IMG/VR virus record: IMGVR_UViG_2639763161_000004
Coordinates: 1 to 64,000 of that record
DNA from: a virus
Lineage: Duplodnaviria > Caudoviricetes
DNA length: 64,000 nt
Strand: one strand, 5' to 3'
Below, in pieces: positions 9,459 to 24,347 of the stretch. The notes below the pieces were generated by a model, which saw only the letters and a program-made list of their open reading frames with translations, did not search any database and was not told the DNA's origin. How positions within the stretch are numbered: the first letter of the stretch is position 1; every line of letters begins with the position of its first letter. A program made the translations under genes and the position numbers.

Positions 9459-9689
9459 ATGGAGACCGTCATTATGACAACTCAGAATAACTTACCCTTC
9501 CTGCATAACGACGAGCTTGTCGATATGGCATTCATCACCACCTACACCAAAATGACGGATAAGTGGTTCTACAAACTTATTCAGGATGGTGCTTTCCCTA
9601 AGCCCATCAAGCTCGGGCGCAGCTCCCGCTGGCTCAAAAGCGAAGTGGAAACCTGGATGCAGCAGCGTATTACGCAGTCCCGCATGTAA
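9459..9689 (+). CDS. alpA: AlpA family regulator / excisionase-like protein
   Basis: FYKLIQDGAFPKPIKLGRSSRWLKSEVETW. Confidence 0.9.
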   Translation: METVIMTTQNNLPFLHNDELVDMAFITTYTKMTDKWFYKLIQDGAFPKPIKLGRSSRWLKSEVETWMQQRITQSRM

Positions 9690-9820
9690 CCCACGTATTC
9701 GCGAGTTACGCTAAACTAACGACTCACCGACCAGAATTATTCCACCATTTGCACACTCCCATTCTGCCCATCCTGGGAAGACTTTCGTCTGCGTGTCTTC
9801 TGGCGGTAATGAACAACATA

Positions 9821-10135
9821 ATGTATGCCAAATCTTTTATTGCCCATGCTTCACGTGGACGTCTGACTTCGGCTGCTGAAGCAATAACATCCCCTTACGA
9901 CTGCTACACATGTCACCTATGCGGCAGTTCGCTAGACTTTCATACGTAATGGGGCATGGCTCGTCCCTAGTTTGTACATACCGCAGATGCCTACACTGAG
10001 AATAGTCGACTACCTTGCCTCTACGTGACGATCGTTCTCGGGAAATTTCCCCTTCTTCAGAGGCTGCGACGTCTGGTGAAAATACACACCTTTTGATGCG
10101 TAAGGGGGATTGGCAATGTGCGGGTTGCAGTAAGG
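9821..10135 (+). pseudogene. Degenerate zinc-ribbon protein gene downstream of alpA
   Basis: MYAKSFIA..GRLT...YTCHLCGSSL followed by in-frame stops and a later WQCAGC. Confidence 0.65.
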
Positions 10136-10462
10136 GCCTGATTACCAGGTCAGGGTAAGGCCCCCGGAATTAACACACCTTTGCGCTGCTTTATAAAATC
10201 AGGTTGCCGGGTAGCGCACCAGTAGTATTCGCAACATAAGCTTTTGGCACGGAGCGGACGTTAGGTTCGCAACGGCCACGGTGAGCGAAAAGCGGACGTT
10301 CGCAGTTAGCCGACAGTAGATGAAGAATTGGCTAATGAAGCCGTGTATTCATTTACAGGGAGCAGGTCACCTTCATCGCTAAAGTACAGAAAGCTTCTGG
10401 TTGAGCCTGTCGCGTAATGTTAAATTTCCTGAAACGAACCAAGTTAAGACAGGGAGCTAACA

Positions 10463-10777
10463 ATGCTTAAGGCGCTTGTTACAGGAAAATTGAGTCTGGC
10501 GAAGACATTCTGGGGATGGGGATTTGGCGGAACCGCGCTGATTGTGGCCATCAGTAAGGCAGGCGTCTATGCGGGCCAGTACTGGCTGCTCCCGGTGAGT
10601 CACGTACTGCAGGCCCTGCTTTCACTCGCGGTGCTGTCCGGACTGACGTTCATCCTGAAAGAGAAGCACACCATTCCGGGAGTTGTGCTCGGGGGCGTGG
10701 CTTTTGCCATTTTTCTTGCGCACTTAATCCTGAGCGCAATATTTGCCATGCGCTTCTCTTCATGGATTTTTTTCTGA
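10463..10777 (+). CDS. Small multi-TM membrane protein
   Basis: GKLSLAKTFWGWG then three hydrophobic segments; AGGGAG RBS. Confidence 0.7.
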   Translation: MLKALVTGKLSLAKTFWGWGFGGTALIVAISKAGVYAGQYWLLPVSHVLQALLSLAVLSGLTFILKEKHTIPGVVLGGVAFAIFLAHLILSAIFAMRFSSWIFF

Positions 10778-11009
10778 ATACCGGCAGGTCTTCAGTTGAG
10801 ATGGAATAAAAAACCGCCCAGTACCGGGCGGCTGAACTGACTGATATTCAGAGGGGTGAACTACTTGCGTAACCCTCAGCCAAGCCTCCCCGAAGACTAG
10901 CGGCAAGCGTAAGCGGTCAAATTTCTGTACACCATGTCGTATCCGGGCAGCAAAAAGGATGGCATATCAACTCCCACTAACCACGTCAGTTTCATCTGGC
11001 CAGTCTTTG

Positions 11010-11277
11010 CTAAGGAGGATGCTTAAAATAATGTTCATTCAGCTTTTCAGTTATCGTGGTAAGGCGATCTTGCCGCGCGATTTCAGGTATCTGCTGGCCG
11101 TCTTTCCAGACGACTTTAATGCGATTGTTTTTATCCCGAAACACTTTTAATTTTTCTTCAGCCTCCGGGGTATAAGTCGAGGATGTCCAGTACTCAAACG
11201 TCAGCTTACGGTCTCTATATACATCGCTGTTCTGATAAAACTTGCGGATGCGCTGTACCCGCTCGAACCATTTGTCA
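11010..11277 (-). pseudogene. 5'-truncated gene fragment ending at an IS-end-like sequence
   Basis: Protein-like frame DKWFERVQRIRKFY...EYWTSSTYTPEA begins right after TGACCTGCTCCCCGTTGATT. Confidence 0.4.
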
Positions 11278-11440
11278 ATCAACGGGGAGCAGGTCAGAGA
11301 TAGTCCATGAGGCCGCACTGCCGTAGGACGACTTAACTGGCATAAAGTCAGTAAGGCTGTAGGAGATATACATAACCAAGGGGCCAACCTTATCGATATT
11401 TTATAAAACCGAATTCTTTATTAGTTGAGTCTTTAGGCGG

Positions 11441-11635
11441 TCAGTTCTTATCCCATAGAAGCCAGAAAGTAACGGCTATGATTGTGATCGCAAATATTGC
11501 TGTTGAACCCCACGCGTAAGCAGGCCAGTAATTGACAGCAAGCACTCCGAAACCGAGGATAAGTATTGCCGGAATAAGTGTGCTTGCAAAGTATGTCAGC
11601 TGCGTGCGCAACCATCTTTTTAAAAAATTAATCAT
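11441..11635 (-). CDS. 64-aa two-TM protein
   Basis: ATGA overlap with upstream gene; hydrophobic. Confidence 0.7.
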   Translation of the reverse strand: MINFLKRWLRTQLTYFASTLIPAILILGFGVLAVNYWPAYAWGSTAIFAITIIAVTFWLLWDKN

Positions 11636-12324
11636 CTGATAATCCGTACAATGTCGTCAGCTATGTCCTTGTCTGATCGCGAGGAATTAAGCCTGTGCGC
11701 GTTTCGGCTGATAACCGGTTCAACAATAAAATATAGCATCTCCAGTTTTGCAGCGTAGAGAGCGGAGTAGTATCTTGGATTTTGGTATTTAAGTCGGTTT
11801 GCAGCGTCTGCCGCCAGTTGCAAATATCCGTAATAGCTCACAAGGGTTATGCCTGCAGCGGAAAGTTTTGCGAAGTTTGTAGTCGCGCCCATTCTGATGC
11901 CAATACTGTAGCTGGCAGCCATCACGATAGAATAGGTTAGCGCCTGGTTTGTTAACGACCCCGAAGCTATCGTAACTCCCATACCGATGAGTATCTTCCT
12001 GATGCGGGTTATGCGGTCTGACGTCAACCCCTCAAGCAACTGGTTGACGTATATCTCAAGCATTTTTTTGACAACGTGGTGCTCTTTGACCAGCTGGCTA
12101 ATGGCTTCTAAAAACCGGACATCTTCGGTTTTCTGAGCGGTACATACGTCCTGATAGTTTTCAGTGAAGCAGGATGTATAAAACGCAAGACGTCTGGCTC
12201 CAAGCTGAATGCGGTTTGCCTGTGCCAACACCTCATCTTTTACACCGCTCAGAGCCTTATCGAGACGTACTCCGAAAAGCCTGTCTGCCTGCATACTGTT
12301 GATGATATCTGTGTTGCTGATCAT
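11632..12324 (-). CDS. Hypothetical protein with central hydrophobic region
   Basis: 230-aa ORF coupled to the small membrane gene. Confidence 0.75.
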   Translation of the reverse strand: MISNTDIINSMQADRLFGVRLDKALSGVKDEVLAQANRIQLGARRLAFYTSCFTENYQDVCTAQKTEDVRFLEAISQLVKEHHVVKKMLEIYVNQLLEGLTSDRITRIRKILIGMGVTIASGSLTNQALTYSIVMAASYSIGIRMGATTNFAKLSAAGITLVSYYGYLQLAADAANRLKYQNPRYYSALYAAKLEMLYFIVEPVISRNAHRLNSSRSDKDIADDIVRIIR

Positions 12325-12563
12325 TTGGTCTCAGGTCCGTGATTTGTCAATTAAATAACGTCAATAAGACGTATTTTAACCGAAAAGAAAAACCCATGCT
12401 TAGCATGGAGGGTCCATTAACTGCTCAACCGCAAAAATTATAGCGGGTTCAACCTCAACATTCCGCTCCAGTTTTGCCCTGAGCAAAAGCATAAGGGCTT
12501 CTTTGATTTCTTCGCGGCTGATTACGTCACCATCACTCGCTTTCCTCAGACAAACCAGGCCGC

Positions 12564-13665
12564 TGACCCTGACCCAAAATCCTGCTCCATTCAGAAACAG
12601 AATTCCGGCATGATTAATACCCCCCCGAGCGGAGGTTGAGCCAATGAAAAAGTCACGATTCACTGAAGAACAGATTGTCTTTACCCTCAGGCAGTCTGAA
12701 CCGGGTACATCAGTACCGGAGGTCTGTGGCAAGCTGGGTATCTCCGATGCCACATTCTATACGGGGCGCAAGAAATTCGGCGGGATTTCCCCCTCTTAAC
12801 TGAAGCACGTGCGACAGCCTGAGGAAGAGAATCTCAGGCTGAAAAAGTTGGTTGCCGATCTGAGCCTTGACAAGGCCATGCTGCAGGATGTGCTGGCAAA
12901 AAAGAACTGACGCTGGCAAGACTGCGCGAATGGGTCCGGGATCTGCAGGCACGCTACGGAGCCAGCGAAAGGCTAATATGCTTTGCCGTGCGGGTCAGCC
13001 GCAGCTCGTTCAGGTATCGTTCTGTGGCGGCAGACGACAGTGCGCTACGCCTGCGTATCAGGGAGATCAGCGGAACCCGGATCCACTATGGCTGTCGCAG
13101 AGTTCACGTCATGCCCAAGCGTGAAGGCTGCCGGGATAACCATAAACGCATGTGTCGACTCTACAGCGAGCAGGGTCTGTCCCTGCGTCTCAAACGTCCA
13201 CGTTGTAACAAATCGGCACATCGCCGACAACCCCAGCCTCAGGGATTGTATCCGAATCATATCTGGGGGGGCATGGACTTTGTCTCTGACGCATTATTTG
13301 ACGGACGTCGGTTACGCCTGCTGACGGTAATTGATCTCTACACGCGTGAATGTCTGGGGGATCTGCGTGGGGCAGAATCTGCGCTCAACGGAGGTTGCGG
13401 AGATGCTTAACAGTATTGCTTGCGTTCAGACATCCTTTACAACAGTTGCTGAAAACCGATAACGGCTCTGAGTTTGCAGGAACAATGCTGGACAAGTGGG
13501 TGTATGAACGAGGGATCCGTATAGACTTCTCACGCCCGGGAAACCCAACGGACAATGCGACGGTGGAGTCGTTCAACGGCAGACTGCGGGAGGAATGCCT
13601 GAATGAAAACTGGTTCATGTCGCTGGAAGATGCCCGGTGCAAAATTGAGGCTTGGCGCATACAGG
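12564..13665 (+). mobile_element. Degenerate IS3-family element (orfA with TAA at 12797, frameshifted orfB, right end missing)
   Basis: orfA MKKSRFTEEQI from 12644; AAAAAAG slip site near 12898; orfB MDFVSD..TDNGSEF..SRPG.PTDNA.VESFNGRLREECLN. Confidence 0.88.
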
Positions 13666-14073
13666 ATCAGATACGAGGAGCGGATCAGCCCATCAACTCC
13701 CCGGAGAAACTGAATGTGACGGAAATCGTGAGGGCAGCAAAGGCCGCACAGGAGCGGATGAGACTGAGTCAGCAAGATGGGAAGGCTTTCAAGGCGGAAA
13801 GATAAATACAGGATGCTTCAGTCATTAGACGGTTGCTGATATTTCCGGTAGCGAGCACACCTCCCGATTTATCCGGGAGCAATTGCTGCTGGCTGGACTG
13901 GCTCAGGAAATGCACGGGCGCAGGAGTCTCACTGAAGCGGCAAGTGTAATCCGGGAGTCAGCGCTTTATGTCCTTAACTCTGAAAGGTAAACTATGCCCA
14001 TTCATAGGAGCTGTAATCACGCATTGCTTAATAGCTGATACGCAAAGCCGTGTGTACAAAACCAGGAAGGCAT

Positions 14074-14994
14074 ATGACCAGTCGTCCCCAGATGATAATC
14101 AATGTGTTACAGGCGAATCCCGGCCAGCAGTTCACTGCCCGTCAACTGGCGCAGAAAATCATCGATCACTACAGCGCAGAACTGGCTGAAAAACGTAAAA
14201 ATCCACGTTTTGTCAGCGATGAAGCTTTTTTAAGCCAAATCACCGCTGAAGTTGGTGGCAGCCGAACTGTTAAAGCGAAAGCTATGTGTCCGCAGGTTAT
14301 GACGCGTGATAAGCCAAGACCACGATTGTTTTATTGGGGGGAGTCTGTGGTTGGACAGGCGGATACTAATATAGCCCCCGAACCATCAGTTGAAACTGTT
14401 AGCTTTACCGAGCATTCGTTGTATCCAATCCTGATTGATTACCTCTCGCAGGAAGAAGGGCTATTGTGCCGTCGTATTGACGAAAAGCGTTCAAGCAACA
14501 ATAAGGGGCTAGGAGGAAACCATTGGTTATATCCCGATATTGTTGCACTGGATCCCCTGGATAAAGAGTGGGATGATGTGGTTCAAAACTGTGTTCGCCA
14601 TAGTGAAGGTCGTTTAACGCGACTTTGGTCTTTTGAGGTGAAAAAGCAGCTCAATCGCAGCAACGTGCGTGAATGTTTCTTCCAGGCGGTAAGCAACTCC
14701 AGTTGGGCACATTTCGGCTATCTGGTTGCCACCGAGATTAACGAGGATAAGCAGCGTAGCGTGGAACGTGAACTTCAGATGCTCTGTGCACTACACGGTA
14801 TTGGAGTTATCCTTCTGGATCCGTATGATTTCTCTAATAGCCAGACGTTGATCCCTGCACGCGAGCGCACCAGCGTGGACTGGCAGTCAGTGAACCGTCT
14901 GGTGGAAGAAAATCGAGATTTCAAAGATTTTATTGAGCTAGTGGGGGAATACCATCAGACAGGGAAAATTCATAAAACGCTATGGAATAAATAG
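14074..14994 (+). CDS. hrgA: HrgA / COG2958 family PD-(D/E)xK nuclease-like protein
   Basis: EHSLYP, NHWLYPDIV, SFEVKK, FFQAVSNSSWAHFGYLVA. Confidence 0.85.
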   Translation: MTSRPQMIINVLQANPGQQFTARQLAQKIIDHYSAELAEKRKNPRFVSDEAFLSQITAEVGGSRTVKAKAMCPQVMTRDKPRPRLFYWGESVVGQADTNIAPEPSVETVSFTEHSLYPILIDYLSQEEGLLCRRIDEKRSSNNKGLGGNHWLYPDIVALDPLDKEWDDVVQNCVRHSEGRLTRLWSFEVKKQLNRSNVRECFFQAVSNSSWAHFGYLVATEINEDKQRSVERELQMLCALHGIGVILLDPYDFSNSQTLIPARERTSVDWQSVNRLVEENRDFKDFIELVGEYHQTGKIHKTLWNK

Positions 14995-15038
14995 CCAATG
15001 TCAGATCAGGTCTGAGCTAATACAGCTAATATATATAA

Positions 15039-15071
15039 GAATGGCAAGTCCTTTAAAGTACTTGCCATTTT
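15039..15071. terminator. Hairpin between convergent hrgA and hsdR
   Basis: aatggcaagt-cctttaaagt-acttgccatttt. Confidence 0.6.
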
Positions 15072-15107
15072 GTTCAACTCACAACGTTGTATCATGAGTT
15101 GAAGCAT

Positions 15108-18206
<3,099 letters not shown>

Positions 18207-18229
18207 GCTTTACCCCTAAATCTTTTTCT

Positions 18230-19420
18230 TTAGTTTTCAGCCTGCTGAAAGCGATACATCGTATTGATTTCATTAACCAGATACTGCAAAACACGCTTGT
18301 CGTCTTCAGTGAGATCGGCCACTTCTTCGCCCGCATGTTTCGAGTGGCTGGAGATATTAATAATCCGAGCCTCATACGGATTGGTTTTTCCGTCATTAGT
18401 TTTTGGCAAAAGATCACCCCATTTCTTATAGCCAAGAAACGTGGAGGTTTTTTCCAGAATGTTTCTTAAAAAATTAAAGTGATACTTGCTCAGTTGACCA
18501 CTCTCGATGGCTTTTTCGAGTTCTGATTTCAAATAAAGATGATATGAGAATGGCGAGTCATTGGGTTGTTGGTCTAACTGAAATGTGCCGTCGTCAAGCC
18601 TAGTCATCCGATACTTATCAAGCCATTTTTTCTTGTAACCACCGTCATCACTGTTGAGCTCATTATGCAGAACGTTATAAAAAAGCGGATTGTGAGTGGT
18701 TATGATGAATTTGACATCAGAATTGTTTGACTTGATCAGTTGGGCCAAATCTACGGCCAATTCAATCAAATGGTTCTCATCCAGCGAACTGACCGGGTCG
18801 TCAATAAATATATATTCCAATTGGTCAAACGCGTTGGTTTCACGCTCGGCGGGTTCAGCAACATTGAGAATGTCAATCACCTGCTCGATCAGCGTATAGA
18901 AAATACTCCAAATGAAATTGCTTTCCTCGCCCTTGGAGATTTTTAGATTCCCAGAGTGTTCATCATCACCGCGCTCAAGGGAAAAAGTCACCTCCGAAAA
19001 CGCCTTTACAGTGATTTCTTTGTCGTCCTTGCCTTTAACTTTATATTCTTCATTGAATCGTGGGGTTAACTTCTCATTAGCATAGCGCTGAAAGTTGGTG
19101 ATAATGTTTCGATCTTGCCCTTGATCTTTCAGTACCCAATCAGTAAACGAATTGGGCTGGATTCTTAGCCTGGGCTCGGTATCCTGCAACAGGTCGTTGT
19201 CCCAAAAGAATAAATCCTCGGTAAAAGCATTGTAATACAGGAACTTGTCTCGTGATAGCTCAGATTGATCGACTTCATCCTCATCATTCCTGGAGGGAAC
19301 ATGCTGCTTAAATTCTCGCGACAGGCGCGTTTTCCCCGTGCCATTAAAGGCATAGATCAACTGTACCTTTTTATTGGCGTTTTTAAGCTGCTGGGCGATT
19401 TCTGCTAGCTTCTTGCTCAT
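18230..19420 (-). CDS. prrC: PrrC-type anticodon nuclease (ABC ATPase + HEPN)
   Basis: [43 protein letters not shown]...SHSKH; located between hsdS and hsdR. Confidence 0.9.
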   Translation of the reverse strand: MSKKLAEIAQQLKNANKKVQLIYAFNGTGKTRLSREFKQHVPSRNDEDEVDQSELSRDKFLYYNAFTEDLFFWDNDLLQDTEPRLRIQPNSFTDWVLKDQGQDRNIITNFQRYANEKLTPRFNEEYKVKGKDDKEITVKAFSEVTFSLERGDDEHSGNLKISKGEESNFIWSIFYTLIEQVIDILNVAEPAERETNAFDQLEYIFIDDPVSSLDENHLIELAVDLAQLIKSNNSDVKFIITTHNPLFYNVLHNELNSDDGGYKKKWLDKYRMTRLDDGTFQLDQQPNDSPFSYHLYLKSELEKAIESGQLSKYHFNFLRNILEKTSTFLGYKKWGDLLPKTNDGKTNPYEARIINISSHSKHAGEEVADLTEDDKRVLQYLVNEINTMYRFQQAEN

Positions 19421-19421
19421 A

Positions 19422-20729
19422 TCAGGCCACTACCTCTTCAGGCTTGGGAAAACTCAACAGCAAATCGCGGTAATACTCATATTGCTTTTGGCGTAATGCG
19501 ATTTCACGTGGCAAACCTTCGCTGATGGAATTGGTAAGGGCTTCGAATTTGTCTAGAATAGCGACGATGCGGGCTTGTTCGGCAAGTGATTTTTCAGCGT
19601 CATTTGGATACGGAACAGGAATTGCGATTTTAGCAAATCCATTAATCAATAATGTATTGACCTTGGTTCTGGCCACATACTTTGCTTTCTCGGCAATGAA
19701 AGATGCTGTTTGCATGCAATAGGAAACAAACTTCGGGTTCATTGAATGCCGGAAAGCATAACAATGGTCGTGAATAGCCACTTTTTCATCTCCAAGCCAA
19801 GCCACGGCTTTACCAACATCCTCGACGGTCTCTCCGACATCAGTTATCACCACGTCTCCTGGTTTCGCATAGCGAAGTGACTTTGCCATATCATTTCTGA
19901 CTTGAGAAAGCGCATGAGTTGTAAAGACGCCGTACCGGGTGTATATCTCACCGTAGTGAATAACACTGATACCATCTCCGACATAGTCAGCTTTCGTAAA
20001 GCGCTTTCCTCGAATAAATTCGCCAATCTCCCCCAAAGCTTTCCACTCTACGTCCCCTTCCTTAAAACTCAACAACTGGTCACGATAGTAGTTGTATTGT
20101 TTTTTACGGGCTGTAAGCTCGGCTGTAAGCTCGGCTGTAAGCTCGGCTGTAAGAGAGGTGAAAGTGTCCAGAGTGCGGACGATTTCGGCTTGGATTTCAA
20201 GCGATTTTTTTGGGTTTTCCGGGCAGAGGATGGGGAGTAGGATTTTCCTAAAACGTTCTTTTGAAATATTGAAGCGAGTTACACCACTTGCAGTTTTTGC
20301 AATTTCAGATCGCATGAAACGGCTGCGGAATAAATACTTTGAAAATTCAGGAGTCAGCGAAGCATTTTCATTAAATCTGACTCCAAACGAAAAACTATTC
20401 AGATAAACAGGCTCTTCAGGCTGTATAGTGACAGATGAAGACATGCCTGCTTCCTCAGCGGTTTCAGAAGATCCTGTAAATAAAACGTCACCGTATTTAA
20501 CCTTATGTTGGTTTTCAGCATCAGACATCTTGACGGATTCAAGAGAATTAAAGTCAACATCTATATTGGCAAATATGTTTTTATATGTAACAAACTTTGC
20601 ATTGCCATCCTCAAAATCAGATTTACTTTTTCCGTTAAGACCGCCATATATTTCGGCCACTTCTCCCAACGGTTTCCAGTCAATCTCAACACCATCAAGC
20701 AGCTTTTCGATAAAGCTCACCTTGTTCAT
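19422..20729 (-). CDS. hsdS: Type I specificity subunit S (type IC, three TAEL repeats)
   Basis: Two TRDs; [20 protein letters not shown] spacer; [11 protein letters not shown]. Confidence 0.95.
   Translation of the reverse strand: MNKVSFIEKLLDGVEIDWKPLGEVAEIYGGLNGKSKSDFEDGNAKFVTYKNIFANIDVDFNSLESVKMSDAENQHKVKYGDVLFTGSSETAEEAGMSSSVTIQPEEPVYLNSFSFGVRFNENASLTPEFSKYLFRSRFMRSEIAKTASGVTRFNISKERFRKILLPILCPENPKKSLEIQAEIVRTLDTFTSLTAELTAELTAELTARKKQYNYYRDQLLSFKEGDVEWKALGEIGEFIRGKRFTKADYVGDGISVIHYGEIYTRYGVFTTHALSQVRNDMAKSLRYAKPGDVVITDVGETVEDVGKAVAWLGDEKVAIHDHCYAFRHSMNPKFVSYCMQTASFIAEKAKYVARTKVNTLLINGFAKIAIPVPYPNDAEKSLAEQARIVAILDKFEALTNSISEGLPREIALRQKQYEYYRDLLLSFPKPEEVVA
20109..20153. repeat. 12-bp tandem repeat GGCTGTAAGCTC x3.75 encoding TAEL
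   Basis: Read directly. Confidence 0.95.
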
Positions 20730-22282
20730 GCCTCCAACTCCTTACCTTCGATCTCCGCTACGATAGAATCAATCTCCGTCCGCAATTGATCGATCTTGGT
20801 GCCGATGATTTTCAGCTCGGCATTGAGCGTAGTGATATCGACTACTTCGCGATTGTCCTCAGCTTCGATATAACTACTGACCGACAAATTGTAATCATTG
20901 CCCTTAATATCTTCAAAGTTCACCGATTTGGCAAAATGATCAACCTCTGCCTTGCTATCAAACACCTGCATGATTTTCTCAATGTGCTTATCTGTGAGCG
21001 AGTTGTTATTGGTGTCCTTTTTGAACAGCCCGCTGGCATCGATAAATTGAGTGGACATGTCGGTTTTATGTTTGGATAGCACCAGAATATTGACGGCGAT
21101 AGTGGTACCAAAAAACAGATTGGGTGCAAGTAAAATCACGGTTTCGACGTAATTATTGTCCACGAGATATTGCCTAATTTTCTTCTCGGCACCGCCCCGG
21201 TAAAAAATGCCGGGGAAGCAGACAATGGCTGCGCGCCCTTTGCTGGAAAGGTAACTGAGCGCATGCAGCACAAAGGCAAAGTCGGCTTTTGATTTGGGCG
21301 CTAAAACTCCTGCCGGGGCAAAGCGGTCATCGTTGATCAGCGTGGGATCGTCTGAGCCTATCCATTTCACCGAGTAAGGTGGGTTGGAGACGATAGCATC
21401 AAAAGGTTTGTCATCGCCAAAATGCGGATTACGCAGCGTATCACCGAGCTGGATATTGAACTTGTCGTAGTTGATGTTGTGCAAGAACATGTTCATCCGC
21501 GCCAAGTTGTAAGTGGTGTGGTTGAGTTCCTGCCCCCAAAAACCGTCTTCAATAATGTGGGCGTCAAAGTGTTTTTTGGCTTGCAGCAGCAGTGAGCCAG
21601 AACCACACGCCGGGTCATAAATCTTGTTAACGCTGGTTTGCTTGTGCATGGCAAGCTGTGCAATCAGCTTGGACACGTGTTGCGGGGTAAAAAACTCACC
21701 GCCGGATTTACCTGCGTTGGCTGCGTAGTTGGAGATAAGAAACTCGTAAGCATCACCGAAAAGATCGATGTGGCTACCCTCAAAATCGCCAAAATCTAAT
21801 TCTGCCACCCCTTTGAGCACTGCTGCCAGACGTGTATTTTTGTCTTTTACCGTATTGCCGAGCCGGTTGCTGGTGGTGTCAAAATCAGCAAACAATCCCT
21901 TGATATCGTTCTCTGAAGGGTAACCGCTGGCTGACATTTCAATAGCCGAGAAGATGTCAGCCAAATCGGTATTTAATTTTTCGTTAGTACTGGCACCTGC
22001 GGCGATGTTAACAAACAAATCATCTGGGTAAATGAAATAGCCTTTAGTTTTAATGGCGTCGTCTTTGATTTCCGGGGTAATGACGCTCCGGGGGAGTGTT
22101 GCATACTTGACACTGTCATCACCGCCTTCAATGTAATTAGCAAAGTTTTCGCTGATGAAGCGGTAAAACAGAGCGCCTAAAACGTATTGCTTAAAATCCC
22201 AGCCATCCACTGCACCGCGTACATCGTTGGCAATCTGCCAGATCTGGCGTTGCAGTGCGGCGCGTTGTTGGGTGCTTGTCAT
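20726..22282 (-). CDS. hsdM: Type I methyltransferase subunit M
   Basis: [18 protein letters not shown]. Confidence 0.96.
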   Translation of the reverse strand: MTSTQQRAALQRQIWQIANDVRGAVDGWDFKQYVLGALFYRFISENFANYIEGGDDSVKYATLPRSVITPEIKDDAIKTKGYFIYPDDLFVNIAAGASTNEKLNTDLADIFSAIEMSASGYPSENDIKGLFADFDTTSNRLGNTVKDKNTRLAAVLKGVAELDFGDFEGSHIDLFGDAYEFLISNYAANAGKSGGEFFTPQHVSKLIAQLAMHKQTSVNKIYDPACGSGSLLLQAKKHFDAHIIEDGFWGQELNHTTYNLARMNMFLHNINYDKFNIQLGDTLRNPHFGDDKPFDAIVSNPPYSVKWIGSDDPTLINDDRFAPAGVLAPKSKADFAFVLHALSYLSSKGRAAIVCFPGIFYRGGAEKKIRQYLVDNNYVETVILLAPNLFFGTTIAVNILVLSKHKTDMSTQFIDASGLFKKDTNNNSLTDKHIEKIMQVFDSKAEVDHFAKSVNFEDIKGNDYNLSVSSYIEAEDNREVVDITTLNAELKIIGTKIDQLRTEIDSIVAEIEGKELEA

Positions 22283-22439
22283 GGTAAAACTCCGGTTTTA
22301 ATACATTTTTGATAGCCAAAGGCCTATTATAAGTCCTGCATTATAACGATTAGGGGCGTTCTAATCATTTCGAATTGTCACTAAAATGGGTGAATCGTAG
22401 CGGTAATGGTGATTGATTAATATTTAGACTACACACGGA

Positions 22440-23123
22440 TAACGATTTGCCCAGTATTCCCCCAAACGGCCGACTGAAAGGCTGGTGCACCTTGCATAAT
22501 ATATTCTGATCGCTGTTGGCCTTGCCAGACAGGAAAGGAAGCGCTTTAGGACTCGTAAACGCATATGTTCATCATGCTGAGGTTGCCGACGACGCAGAAA
22601 CGTCATCTGTTTCCCGAACGTTAGCTTCGGACATCATCTGGCTGCAGGAACAAGCGAAACGTTACGGGCCATCAGCACAGCTCTACAGCAAGGGGAGTAC
22701 ATCTGGCTTGCCAGGTCTGGCCAAATCACGCAGTAGAGCATGCTGTTTCGCTTTACGTGCACGATCGAAACCCTTCGGGCAATGGACTTGATCGACTGGC
22801 TGGTGTCCGCAAAAGAATGGAAAGAAAAATCTAAACTGGCAGGTAATGTCTGTGCGATCTACACGCCGAAAGACGAACTGCACCAGGTGTTCAGTGGCAC
22901 GGGTGAACTCATCAGGCCGATGAAGCTACGGCTTACCGGCGATATCAGCGGTATTCCTGCGCTGACCGCCCAGTGCAATCTGAACGCTTGCCTGATGACG
23001 AGGGATTTTTCGTTTATCGGCTGTTACCTGACCCGTTCCGTGAGCATAAGAGGCTCATGCCCAACGAGGTTTCGGATGAAAAAAGAATATAGCGATAAAA
23101 GGACGCCCGGCCACATAGGCTGA
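22440..23123 (+). pseudogene. Frameshifted DUF2913-like gene
   Basis: Fragments across frames: WCTL, ASDIIWLQEQAKRYGP, EYIWLA, SMLFRFTCTIETLR. Confidence 0.55.
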
Positions 23124-23144
23124 GCGTCCAAGGATTACGCCATT

Positions 23145-24326
23145 TTATTTACCACGGCTCAGACTATCTATATGGTCAGCATACCATTGCATCATCTCGC
23201 GGCGGTTTTCCAAATATTGCGCGTGGTTATATGTGCCGCGGATACTGTTTTTATCCACGTGAGCGAGCTGCATCTCTATCCAGGCTGTATTAAACCCCTG
23301 CTCATGCAGAATGGTACTCATGGTGTGTCGGAATCCGTGACCTGTAGCCTTCCCGTGATATCCAATTCGCTTTAACACCTGATTGATGCTCGCTTCACTC
23401 ATTGGTTTAGTGATGTCATTGCGACCCGGAAATACCAGCGAAAAACGCCCTGTAGCCGCTTGAATTTCGCGAAGTGCTTCAACCACCTGAGTTGACAACG
23501 GCACCATATGTGGTCGCCGCATCTTCATGCGTTCTTTAGGCACTTCCCAAATCGCTTTATCAAGATCAAACTCTTTCCACTCCGCCAGACGAAGCTCAAT
23601 GGTTCGCACGCCAGTCAGCATCAGAATACGTGTGGCAAGCCGTGTAATCGGACTGCCACTGTAATTCTCCAATGCTTGCAAGAATGGTGGCAGCTCTTCA
23701 GACAGTAAATGAGGGAAGTGTTTCGGCTTCGGTGTAGCCAATGCACTGGCAAGATCCGCAACCGGGTTGATCTCCGCCCTGCCCGTCACGATGGCATAAG
23801 TGAACACCTGCTTACAGGCTTGCCGAATTTTACGCAGTTTATCCAATACTCCGCGCGTCTCTAACTTGCGCAGCGTCGTGAGCATCTCTAGCGGTTTTAT
23901 TTCAGCTATAGGACGCTTACCAAGATCCGGAAAAATGTCATTTTCAAACGCTTCTATCAGATCATCAGCATAACCCTTTGACCACCCTGGACGCTTGTAC
24001 TCATGCCATTCCAGGGCAAGTGCTTTGAAGTTGTTCTCAATAGCAATTTTACGCGTTTGCTTATCAACTTTCTTCTGCTCACTCGGATCGATGCCGTTAG
24101 CAATCTTCCGTTTAGCTTCATCACGACGTTGTCTGGCTTCAGAAAGCGAGATCTCTGGATAAACACCTAACGCCAGGGTTTTCTGTTTGCCATCAAAGCG
24201 ATATTGCACTCGCCAGTATTTAGAGCCGTTCGGATGCACCATTAAATGCATTCCTTCCCCATCGGTAAGCTTAAAGGCTTTATCGGTGGGTTTCGCACTT
24301 CTGACTTTTACATCTGTTAGCGCCAT
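23145..24326 (-). CDS. int: P4-like tyrosine integrase of the island
   Basis: MALTD..V..AKP arm domain; GVRTIELR, HGFR, LAH, YNHAQY. Confidence 0.95.
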   Translation of the reverse strand: MALTDVKVRSAKPTDKAFKLTDGEGMHLMVHPNGSKYWRVQYRFDGKQKTLALGVYPEISLSEARQRRDEAKRKIANGIDPSEQKKVDKQTRKIAIENNFKALALEWHEYKRPGWSKGYADDLIEAFENDIFPDLGKRPIAEIKPLEMLTTLRKLETRGVLDKLRKIRQACKQVFTYAIVTGRAEINPVADLASALATPKPKHFPHLLSEELPPFLQALENYSGSPITRLATRILMLTGVRTIELRLAEWKEFDLDKAIWEVPKERMKMRRPHMVPLSTQVVEALREIQAATGRFSLVFPGRNDITKPMSEASINQVLKRIGYHGKATGHGFRHTMSTILHEQGFNTAWIEMQLAHVDKNSIRGTYNHAQYLENRREMMQWYADHIDSLSRGK

Positions 24327-24347
24327 CGGCTGCTCTCCGTCATTGGA

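Noticed and set aside
13665-13950. Protein-like frame after the truncated IS3
   Set aside because: No start, internal stop, family not recognised
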